This document shows positions 8,201-16,072 of a stretch of 33,387 nucleotides of DNA, one piece after another (position 1 is the stretch's first letter; each line of letters begins with the position of its first letter). The notes below the pieces were generated by a model that was not told the origin of the DNA, ran no database searches, and saw only the letters and a program-made list of their open reading frames with translations. The position numbers were made by a program, and so were the translations under genes. Location of the stretch: NCBI GenBank assembly GCA_041694835.1, contig JBGFRZ010000063.1, forward strand, positions 1-33,387, given 5' to 3'. The stretch is from Ignavibacteria bacterium (GTDB taxonomy: Bacteria; Elusimicrobiota; Endomicrobiia; PHAN01).

Positions 8201-9754
8201 ATGAAAAAAGGAAAAGTTTTTTTTATCGGCGCAGGCCCTTATCCGCCGGATTTAATAACGGTTAGGGGATTTAATATATTAAAACAAGCCGATGTAATAG
8301 TTTACGATTATCTGCTTGACAAAAACATACTCGGATTTGCCAAAAAAGACGCTCTGCTCATTTCAACAGACGAACTTCCGGGCGGCCGATATTCCGACGG
8401 CTCGTCAAAAAATCAGAAAGCCATCAATGATGTGCTGATAAAAAAAGCGTCAGAGGGGAAGAGTGTCGTTCGTCTTAAAAACGGCGACCCGTCAATTTTC
8501 GGGCGACTCTGCGAAGAACTCTCGGCTCTTAAAGACGAGGGTATAAATTTCGCCGTTATTCCGGGTGTTACCGCGGCGAGCGCGGCCGCGGCATTTAGCG
8601 GAATTCCTCTTACGGCGCGTGGCATCTCATCGGCTCTTGTTCTTACGACGGGACACGAATCGCCTGGAAAAAAAGATGGCTATGTGAATTGGAAGAACGT
8701 AGCGGTTCTCGACACTATATCGCTCTATATGTCGCATGAAAATTTGTTCGCTCTCTCAAACATTTTAATTGACTGCGGCAAGCCGCCATCGACTCCTTCG
8801 GCGGTCATATCAAGGGTCGGTTCTTACGAGCAGAAAATTGTCACAGGAACTTTAAGAGATATCGCAAAAAAAGCGCGAAAAAATAATTTAGAATCCCCCG
8901 CGATTTTCGTTGTAGGCGAGGTTGTAAAAAAAGAGAAAGAATTTAACTGGTTCAAGAAAACAAAAAAGTCGCTTTTTACAGGAATTTCCGACGAAAGATA
9001 TTTTGAAGAAAAGTTATATTTTCATATACCGCTTATAGAAATCAAACCGTTAGATGATTATGCGGAACTTGACAACTGGATTAAAAAGATTTCAAATAGC
9101 CATAAACGAACAACCATAAACCCCATTAAAAGTTATACAACGATGTATAAAGATAAAAAGGAACCTTCGGCATCAAACTCACAATCACAGAACACTTCTA
9201 ACGGGGTAAACTATAAACCATTCTTTGACTGGCTTGTCTTTACAAGCCGTTTTGGAGTGTATTATTTTTTTGATAGATTGCTTAAATCCGGTTCGGACGC
9301 GCGGTCTCTTAACGGAATAAAAATAGCCGCAATAGGAAGTTCGACCGCGAACAAACTTAAAGAATATGGCATAATCGCCGACCTTGTGCCGAAAAATGAA
9401 TGTTCGGAAGGACTTTTAGAAGAATTTAAAAATGTCATTCGTTCAACATTCAAAGTTCAAAGTTCAATAAAAATTCTATTGCCCCGCTCAGATATCGCTG
9501 ATAAAGGTTTATCTGATGGTTTAAGAGAACTTGGCGCTGAAGTTTTTTCCTGTGTTGCGTATAGAAATGTTATGCCTAAGGATTTGCCTGATATAGATTT
9601 TAGTTTTTTTGATGAGATAATATTCAGCAGTCCTTCGTGCGTAGGGAATTTTATAAAAAGATACGGCTGCTTGCCACCGGGAAAAGTTAAAATAAAGTCA
9701 ATCGGTCCCGTTACGAAAAAGGAATGCGAAAAATATGGTATTTCCGTTAAATAG
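8201..9754 (+). CDS. cobA: Fused uroporphyrinogen-III C-methyltransferase / uroporphyrinogen-III synthase (CobA-HemD)
   Basis: FIGAGP, ADVIVYDYL, RLKNGDPSIFGR, VIPGVTAA and GIPLTAR, then HemD motifs DWLVFTS, IAAIGSSTA, FSSPS and SIGPVT. ATG at 8201 is used because the 8162 start lies within the repeat. Confidence 0.92.
   Translation: MKKGKVFFIGAGPYPPDLITVRGFNILKQADVIVYDYLLDKNILGFAKKDALLISTDELPGGRYSDGSSKNQKAINDVLIKKASEGKSVVRLKNGDPSIFGRLCEELSALKDEGINFAVIPGVTAASAAAAFSGIPLTARGISSALVLTTGHESPGKKDGYVNWKNVAVLDTISLYMSHENLFALSNILIDCGKPPSTPSAVISRVGSYEQKIVTGTLRDIAKKARKNNLESPAIFVVGEVVKKEKEFNWFKKTKKSLFTGISDERYFEEKLYFHIPLIEIKPLDDYAELDNWIKKISNSHKRTTINPIKSYTTMYKDKKEPSASNSQSQNTSNGVNYKPFFDWLVFTSRFGVYYFFDRLLKSGSDARSLNGIKIAAIGSSTANKLKEYGIIADLVPKNECSEGLLEEFKNVIRSTFKVQSSIKILLPRSDIADKGLSDGLRELGAEVFSCVAYRNVMPKDLPDIDFSFFDEIIFSSPSCVGNFIKRYGCLPPGKVKIKSIGPVTKKECEKYGISVK
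9100..9220. repeat. In-frame nested insertion in the HemD domain: a 90-bp inverted-repeat element inside a heptamer tract
   Basis: Inverted repeats ACCCCATTAAAAGT (9120-9133) and ACTTCTAACGGGGT (9194-9207) match at 12 of 14 nt, with TAAA at both ends. Removing 9121-9210 gives CCATAAA-CGAACAA-CCATAAA-CTATAAA-CCA. Confidence 0.75.
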
Positions 9755-10793
9755 ACAAAGACGGTTCCGTCGCACCCCGGCATTAAGAAAACTTTTTGCG
9801 GAGACGAGCTTTTCCGCGTCGGATTTGGTGGCGCCTTTGTTCGCAATAGATGGAAAAAATCTTGCAGAGCCGATAATGTCAATGCCGGGCGTTTTAAGAT
9901 ACTCCGTCGATAACCTTATTAGAGAAACGGAGGAAATTTATAAACTCGGGATACCCGCGGTTTTGATTTTTGGAGTTCCTGAAAAAACGACAGCCCTCAG
10001 AAGAAAACGCTCCAAGGAACAATTTGAAAACGCTCTGTATGACGAAAACGGGCTCGTGCAAAAAGCGGTCCGCGAAATCAAAAGAGCAATTCCCGAAATC
10101 ATCGTAATGACTGATGTCTGCTTGTGCAGTTACACATCTCACGGTCACTGCGGTATTTTAAGAAATCAGAAGTCAGAAAGCAGAAGCAAAAAGAAAAAAT
10201 TTAACAGTTGTCAATCGCCAATTTATTATGAAATTGACAATGATAAAACGATAGACATATTGGCAAAAATAGCTCTTTCGCACGCGGAAGCCGGGGCGGA
10301 CATTGTTGCGCCTTCGTCAATGATGGATGGGCAGGTAAAATATATACGCGAAGCGCTCGACGGAAAAAATTTCCAAAATACAATGCTCATGTCTTATTCC
10401 GTCAAGTACGCTTCAAATTTTTACACTCCTTTCAGAGAGGCGGCAAATTCCAAACCCGCTTTCGGCGACAGGAAAAGTTACCAGCTTGACTTTCGCAATG
10501 TGCGGGAAGCGTTAAGAGAAGTTGAATCCGATATAAACGAAGGCGCCGATATCATCATGGTAAAACCCGCGATGGCTTATCTTGATGTGCTCAAAGAAAT
10601 AAAAAATAATTTTAATACACCTCTTGCGGCATACAGCGTAAGTGGCGAGTATTCAATGGTCAAGGCGGCATCTGCAAATGGATGGCTGAATGAAAAAGAA
10701 GTCGCCATGGAGATAGCCTCTTCAATAAAGAGAGCCGGCGCCGACTTGCTCATTACTTATTGGGCAAAATGTCTGGCTGAATGGATAAAATAA
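9735..10793 (+). CDS. hemB: Porphobilinogen synthase (ALA dehydratase), Zn-type
   Basis: Motifs DVCLCSYTSHGHCG, APSSMMDG, FYTPFREAA, MVKPAMAYLD and AYSVSGEYSM. Confidence 0.96.
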   Translation: MVFPLNRQRRFRRTPALRKLFAETSFSASDLVAPLFAIDGKNLAEPIMSMPGVLRYSVDNLIRETEEIYKLGIPAVLIFGVPEKTTALRRKRSKEQFENALYDENGLVQKAVREIKRAIPEIIVMTDVCLCSYTSHGHCGILRNQKSESRSKKKKFNSCQSPIYYEIDNDKTIDILAKIALSHAEAGADIVAPSSMMDGQVKYIREALDGKNFQNTMLMSYSVKYASNFYTPFREAANSKPAFGDRKSYQLDFRNVREALREVESDINEGADIIMVKPAMAYLDVLKEIKNNFNTPLAAYSVSGEYSMVKAASANGWLNEKEVAMEIASSIKRAGADLLITYWAKCLAEWIK

Positions 10794-12061
10794 AGAAAAA
10801 TTTATTATCGCAATCTATAAAATGTTTTCCGGGCGGAGTAAATTCACCTGTGCGCTCATTCGCGGCCGTTGGCACAAATCCGATTTTTGTATCCAGAGCA
10901 TCGGGAAGCAAAATTTACGACACGCGTGGCAATGATTATATAGATTTTATAAACGGTTGGGGCAGTTTGATTTTTGGACACTCGGCTCAATTTACGGTCG
11001 GCGCTCTCAAAAAGCAATTAAAAAATGGTTTTTTGTACGGGATAAGTTCGGAATATGAAATGAGGTTTGCAAAAAAACTTATGGAGTCGTATCCGTCGAT
11101 GGATATGGTGAGGTTTACAAATTCGGGCACCGAAGCTGTAATGTCGGCGATTCGCACAGCACGGGCATATACGAAAAGAGAAAAAATAGTAAAATTTGAG
11201 GGCTGTTATCACGGCCATGCCGATTATCTGCTTGTAAAAGCCGGTTCCGGCGCGACTACTTTTGCCGTTACAAATTCCGGGGGAGTGCCCGACGATTTTG
11301 TAAAAAATACAATAGTCTTTCCATACAACGAAATAGATTCTTTGAAAAATTATATAAGAAATAATCGTGGAGAAATTGCCTGTATTATTGTCGAGCCGGT
11401 GGCGGGAAATATGGGAACGGTTTTGCCGAAAAAAAATTTCTTGAGCGATTTGAGACGCATTTCAACCAAATACGGCTCCGTTTTGCTCTTTGACGAAATA
11501 ATAACAGGATTTAGAGTCGCCCGCGGCGGCGCTCAAGACGCTTTCGGAATAAAACCTGATATGACTTGCCTCGGCAAAATAGCAGGAGGCGGACTGCCAT
11601 TCGGAGCTTTTGGCGGCAAAAAAGAGATAATGGCATTGGTTTCCCCCCTCGGAAAAGTTTATCAGGCGGGAACTTTCAGCGGAAATCCTTTGACAATGGC
11701 TGCCGGACTTTCGGTTATAGAACGATTAAATGAAAAAATTTATAAACTGCTTGATGAAAAAACCGATTATCTTACGACGGAAATAATAAAACTTGGCAAA
11801 AAATTTGGTATGATTGTAAGGGTAAATAAAATAGCATCAATGTTCACTGTTTTTTTTACATCCGACGAAGTAACGGACTTGAAAAGCGCCATGTCGTCGG
11901 ATGTTAAAAAATATGTAAGGTTTTTTAATTTGCTTTTTAAAAAAGGTGTTTTGTTTCCACCGTCGCAGTTTGAGAGCTGTTTTTTGTCGCAAGCCCATAC
12001 GGACGAAGATTTGGAAAAAACTTTGAACGCGGTTTCAGACGCTTTTAAAAACATAAACTGA
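10781..12061 (+). CDS. hemL: Glutamate-1-semialdehyde 2,1-aminomutase
   Basis: Motifs PGGVNSPVR, NSGTEAVM, FEGCYHGH, FDEIITGFR, GKIAGGGLP, YQAGTFSGNP and PPSQFE. Confidence 0.96.
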   Translation: MDKIKKNLLSQSIKCFPGGVNSPVRSFAAVGTNPIFVSRASGSKIYDTRGNDYIDFINGWGSLIFGHSAQFTVGALKKQLKNGFLYGISSEYEMRFAKKLMESYPSMDMVRFTNSGTEAVMSAIRTARAYTKREKIVKFEGCYHGHADYLLVKAGSGATTFAVTNSGGVPDDFVKNTIVFPYNEIDSLKNYIRNNRGEIACIIVEPVAGNMGTVLPKKNFLSDLRRISTKYGSVLLFDEIITGFRVARGGAQDAFGIKPDMTCLGKIAGGGLPFGAFGGKKEIMALVSPLGKVYQAGTFSGNPLTMAAGLSVIERLNEKIYKLLDEKTDYLTTEIIKLGKKFGMIVRVNKIASMFTVFFTSDEVTDLKSAMSSDVKKYVRFFNLLFKKGVLFPPSQFESCFLSQAHTDEDLEKTLNAVSDAFKNIN

Positions 12062-12077
12062 TTCTATGAGGTGCTCT

Positions 12078-13202
12078 ATGGAAATCATCGTGAACGGAAA
12101 AAAAGAAATAATAAATGAAGGAATAACGATTAATGAATTTCTTGGTAACAAAAAAATAAGACCCGAAGTTGTAACAATTGAACTCAACGAAGTTATATTA
12201 AACCGCGCTGAATATGAAAGCGTTAAAATCAGAGCTGGCGACAAACTCGAAATAGTGTTTTTTATGGGCGGCGGAAAAAGTGAGATTTGTCAAAGAATCC
12301 ATCAGTTAATCGGCAGAACCCCCGTAATAAAAATAGGGAATCTCACAGACGAAAACTCTGCCGAGATTCTTGCCAAGTTAGAGTTCTTTAATCCCGGCGG
12401 CAGCGTAAAAGACAGAATAGCGATTTCAATGATTGAAACCGCGGAAAAAGAAGGAGTTTTAAAAAGAGGTGGGACGGTGATTGAAGCGACGAGCGGAAAC
12501 ACCGGAATAGGTTTAGCTATGACTTGCGCTTCAAAAGGATATAGATGCGTGATAACTATGCCGGAGTCGATGAGTCTTGAGAGGGTTTATATTCTGAAAA
12601 GTTATGGTGCGGAGGTTATCCTGACTAACGCCGCCGAGGGGATGACAGGGGCGCTGAACAAGGCAAAACAGATATTATCCAAAAACACAAACGCATTTAT
12701 GTCGTCTCAGTTTAACAATCCCGCAAATCCCGATATTCACAGAAAGACAACAGCCCGCGAAATAATAGAAGCGACTGAAGGAAAAATAGACGCATTTGTC
12801 GCAGGGGTGGGAACGGGCGGCACCATAACCGGCGTCGGCGAGGTTCTGAAAAAATTTAATAAAGATATAAGAATTATCGCCGTTGAACCCGCAACGAGCG
12901 CCGTTTTATCGGGAAAACCCGCCGGGCCTCACAAGATTCAGGGGATAGGAGCGGGCTTTATCCCGGCCGTTTTGAATTTGAAGGTAATTGACGAGATAAT
13001 AACCGTCACAGACGCCGATGCGTATGACCAGTCCGTCGAAATATCAAAAAAAGAAGGAATTTCCGTCGGGATTTCATCGGGGGCAGCATTTTGGGCAGCC
13101 CGACAAGTGGCGTCAAGATTCCGCAAAGGGAAAACAGTCATAACAGTTTTTCCCGACAGCGGAGAAAGATATTTCAGTATCGCTCAGTATTTCAACATGT
13201 AG
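12078..13202 (+). CDS. cysK: ThiS-like sulfur carrier (66 aa, ending MGGG) fused in frame to a CysK/CysM-family cysteine synthase
   Basis: RBS GAGGTG at 12068 and ATG at 12078. The ThiS domain MEIIVNG...GDKLEIVFFMGGG ends at 12275. Then LIGRTP, KLEFFNPGGSVKDR (PLP Lys), TSGNTG, GVGTGGT, HKIQGIG and DSGERY. Confidence 0.93.
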   Translation: MEIIVNGKKEIINEGITINEFLGNKKIRPEVVTIELNEVILNRAEYESVKIRAGDKLEIVFFMGGGKSEICQRIHQLIGRTPVIKIGNLTDENSAEILAKLEFFNPGGSVKDRIAISMIETAEKEGVLKRGGTVIEATSGNTGIGLAMTCASKGYRCVITMPESMSLERVYILKSYGAEVILTNAAEGMTGALNKAKQILSKNTNAFMSSQFNNPANPDIHRKTTAREIIEATEGKIDAFVAGVGTGGTITGVGEVLKKFNKDIRIIAVEPATSAVLSGKPAGPHKIQGIGAGFIPAVLNLKVIDEIITVTDADAYDQSVEISKKEGISVGISSGAAFWAARQVASRFRKGKTVITVFPDSGERYFSIAQYFNM

Positions 13203-13210
13203 AGCACGGA

Positions 13211-13383
13211 GTGGTTCTTGAACCACATAGCCCCTGAATTTATCCGATGGATGTAACTGCTTCACTGAATGCATCTTATTTAGGTAGAAAGGTAAAAAGG
13301 TAGATGGGTAGAAGGGGGGCAGAGCGCTCTACTTTCTACCCACTTTATAGGCGAGTCCCGATTTATCGGGGGATAAACTCCGC
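13211..13383. repeat. Intergenic palindromic mosaic (hairpin, octamer arms, CCCGAT-TT-ATCGGG)
   Basis: GTGGTTC-TT-GAACCAC at 13211-13226. AGGTAGAA-AGGTAAAA-AGGTAGAT-GGGTAGAA at 13282-13313 with a complementary arm CTACTTTCTACCCAC at about 13329-13343. CCCGATTTATCGGG at 13357-13370. Confidence 0.75.
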
Positions 13384-13398
13384 AAATAGGAGGCAATT

Positions 13399-14205
13399 GT
13401 GCCTTTAACAGAATCTCAAATTGAAAGATATTCGCGTCAGATTATTCTCCATGAAATAGGCGGCCGCGGCCAGCATAAAATTTTCAATGCAAAGGTGCTT
13501 GTCATAGGCACGGGAGGGCTCGGCTCACCGTGCACATATTATCTTGTCGCCGCCGGAGTGGGGACATTGGGCATTGTTGATTCGGACAATGTTGAAATCA
13601 ACAATCTTCAAAGGCAGATAATCCACTCGATGAAAAATGTCGGGAAGCCGAAGGTCGAGTCCGCCAGGCATCGCGCCGAAGAACTCAATCCCGATGTAAA
13701 AGTAATCCCACACAAAATAAGAGTTACATCCGGAAATATTATGGATTTAATAAAGAGCTACGATATAGTTGTCGACGGTTCCGATAATTTTCCGACGAGA
13801 TATCTAGTCAATGACGCATGCGTCATTGCGAAAAAACCGCTTGTCCACGCGGGAATTTTAAGATTCGACGGTCAGATAATGACGATAATTCCACACGACG
13901 GGCCGTGTTACCGATGTCTCTTCCCCGAGCCGCCGGCACCCGGAATGGTTCCGAGTTGTCAGGAAGCCGGAATTCTCGGCGCGGCAGCGGGTATCTTCGG
14001 AGTTCTTCAAGCGGCAGAAGTCATGAAACTCATTCTTCACATGGGAGAACCGCTTAAAGGCCGTCTTCTTATAGGGAATTTACTTGATATGAGTTTCAGA
14101 GAAGTAAAGATAAAGAGAAACCTACGATGTCCCGTCTGCGGTGAAAATCCAACCATAAAACGTCTCATGGATTATGAAGAGTTCTGCAGCCTCATAAAAA
14201 AATAG
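13399..14205 (+). CDS. moeB: MoeB/ThiF/HcyF-family sulfur-carrier adenylyltransferase (E1-like), no rhodanese domain
   Basis: Motifs ERYSRQII, GTGGLGSP, NLQRQ, DGSDNFPTRYLVND, CYRC, SCQEAG and CPVC. RBS AGGAGG and GTG start. Confidence 0.93.
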   Translation: MPLTESQIERYSRQIILHEIGGRGQHKIFNAKVLVIGTGGLGSPCTYYLVAAGVGTLGIVDSDNVEINNLQRQIIHSMKNVGKPKVESARHRAEELNPDVKVIPHKIRVTSGNIMDLIKSYDIVVDGSDNFPTRYLVNDACVIAKKPLVHAGILRFDGQIMTIIPHDGPCYRCLFPEPPAPGMVPSCQEAGILGAAAGIFGVLQAAEVMKLILHMGEPLKGRLLIGNLLDMSFREVKIKRNLRCPVCGENPTIKRLMDYEEFCSLIKK

Positions 14206-14244
14206 TCATTAGTGTTTGGCCGCGCCATTATTCCCCGACCGATT

Positions 14245-14272
14245 TTGTTTTAATTTTTGAAAATGATAAAAT
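14245..14272 (+). promoter_or_regulatory. Putative sigma70 promoter for aspS with a very short leader
   Basis: TTGTTT-16-TAAAAT with an extended TG. The ATG lies 10 nt downstream and has no SD sequence. Confidence 0.4.
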
Positions 14273-14282
14273 CACATATCTT

Positions 14283-16034
14283 ATGTATAGAACTCACTAC
14301 TGTGGAGATCTGATTTCCGGTGACATAGGGAAAAACGTTGTCGTTTCAGGATGGGTGCATTCGCGTCGCGATCACGGCGGGGTGATATTTATTGATATGA
14401 GGGATATCAAAGGTCTTCTTCAGGTGGTCTTTAATCCGGATAAACCGATATTTAAGACGGCGGAAGATTTAAGATCGGAGTATGTCGTAAAGGTGGAAGG
14501 GATTGTAAGGCGTCGCCCCGAGGGGACTGAAAATCCTAAATTGCCGACGGGTGAAGTCGAGCTTTTGGCCGATAAACTCGAAATTTTAAACGATTCGCAA
14601 CCGCTCCCCTTCTCACTTTCCGCCTACACCGATGTCTCGGAAGATGTTCGGCTAAAATACAGATATTTAGATTTGAGAAGAACTTCCATCCGGGAAAACT
14701 TTCTATTTCGCGACAATCTTCTTACAATCACCAGAAATTTTTTTCACAAGCATGGTTTTGTGGAAATCGAAACCCCGTTTCTAACGAAATCCACACCTGA
14801 AGGAGCCCGGGATTTTCTTGTTCCGTCGCGTCTTACGCCCGGAGCGTTTTACGCTTTGCCACAGTCTCCACAGCTTTTTAAGCAAATACTTATGGTTGCG
14901 GGCTTTGACAGATACTACCAGATAGTCCGTTGCTTCCGTGACGAGGATCTAAGGGCGGACCGTCAGCCTGAGTTCACTCAGCTCGATCTTGAGATGTCAT
15001 TCGTAGAAGAAGAAGACGTAATAAATATAATCGAAAAACTGCTCGCTGAAATTTTTGAAAAACTTCTGGGAAAAAATCTCAAGACCCCTTTTAACAGGAT
15101 GGCATATTCCGATGCCATGCTCAAATATGGCTCTGATAAACCGGACACGCGTTTCGGTCTTGAAATAGTCGATCTGACGGCGGATCTTAAAGGCACAAAA
15201 TTCAAAGTCTTTGCTGATGCAATAGCGAAGAAAGGGTGCATCCGAGCGATATGCGTCAAAAAAGGCGCCGAATTTTCAAGAAGCGAAATTGACGCTCTTA
15301 TCGGCAAATCGATAGAGTTTGGAGCGAAGGGTCTTGCATGGATAAAACTGTTCTCCGGTGGTTTTGAGTCGAATATCGTGAAGTTTTTTTCTGCCGAAGA
15401 ACTTGGCAAAATAAAAGCGAAATTAAACGCCTCCGATGGCGATTTGATTTTGTTTGTTGCCGACTCTTCTAAAATCGCCCCGGTCGCATTGGGACAACTT
15501 AGATTGTTTCTCGGCGAAAAGTTGAATCTTATAGAAGAAGGATACAAGTTTTTATGGGTGGTCGATTTTCCTCTTCTTGAGCGGGACGATTTGGAAAATA
15601 GATGGACATCAATACACCATCCTTTCACGTCGCCCAAAGAAGACATAATGTCGATTTCACTTGACAAAGAAACCCTCTCGGGCATCAGGGCGAGAGCATA
15701 TGATATTGTTTTAAACGGCATTGAACTCGGCGGCGGCTCGATAAGAATAAATAAAACCGATGTCCAAAAAAAAATTTTTGAGCTCCTGAATATTCCAGAC
15801 GAGGAAAGTCGGATTAAATTTGGTTTCTTGCTTGACGCATTGAATTTCGGGGCACCACCCCACGGAGGTATCGCGCTCGGTGTAGATCGTTTAATAGCGA
15901 TTTTGAGAGGGGAGACGTCGATAAGGGAGGTTATAGCTTTCCCAAAAACTCAGAGAGGGATATGCCCTCTTACTGGCGCTCCTTCTTCTGTGACCGATAA
16001 GCAATTGAAGGAGATTTACATTAAAACGATGTAG
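14283..16034 (+). CDS. aspS: Aspartate--tRNA ligase, probably non-discriminating (Asp/Asn)
   Basis: Motifs MYRTHYCG, RRDHGG, LKYRYLDLRR, ALPQSPQLFKQ, FRDEDLRADRQPEFTQ and GAPPHGG. The His in RRDH and the Gly in RPEG fit the non-discriminating type. Confidence 0.97.
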   Translation: MYRTHYCGDLISGDIGKNVVVSGWVHSRRDHGGVIFIDMRDIKGLLQVVFNPDKPIFKTAEDLRSEYVVKVEGIVRRRPEGTENPKLPTGEVELLADKLEILNDSQPLPFSLSAYTDVSEDVRLKYRYLDLRRTSIRENFLFRDNLLTITRNFFHKHGFVEIETPFLTKSTPEGARDFLVPSRLTPGAFYALPQSPQLFKQILMVAGFDRYYQIVRCFRDEDLRADRQPEFTQLDLEMSFVEEEDVINIIEKLLAEIFEKLLGKNLKTPFNRMAYSDAMLKYGSDKPDTRFGLEIVDLTADLKGTKFKVFADAIAKKGCIRAICVKKGAEFSRSEIDALIGKSIEFGAKGLAWIKLFSGGFESNIVKFFSAEELGKIKAKLNASDGDLILFVADSSKIAPVALGQLRLFLGEKLNLIEEGYKFLWVVDFPLLERDDLENRWTSIHHPFTSPKEDIMSISLDKETLSGIRARAYDIVLNGIELGGGSIRINKTDVQKKIFELLNIPDEESRIKFGFLLDALNFGAPPHGGIALGVDRLIAILRGETSIREVIAFPKTQRGICPLTGAPSSVTDKQLKEIYIKTM

Positions 16035-16050
16035 CCCCGATTTATCGGGG
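16031..16050. repeat. GTAG-REP-like hairpin overlapping the aspS stop codon
   Basis: GTAG followed by CCCCGAT-TT-ATCGGGG. The same core occurs at 13357-13370. Confidence 0.7.
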
Positions 16051-16072
16051 TGAGCGGAGCGAATGGAAACAA

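Noticed and set aside
14978-15721. 247-aa antisense ORF (similar ones at 32462-33151, 21508-21972 and 20088-20510)
   Set aside because: These are shadow frames of well-supported genes on the opposite strand and have no recognisable motifs.
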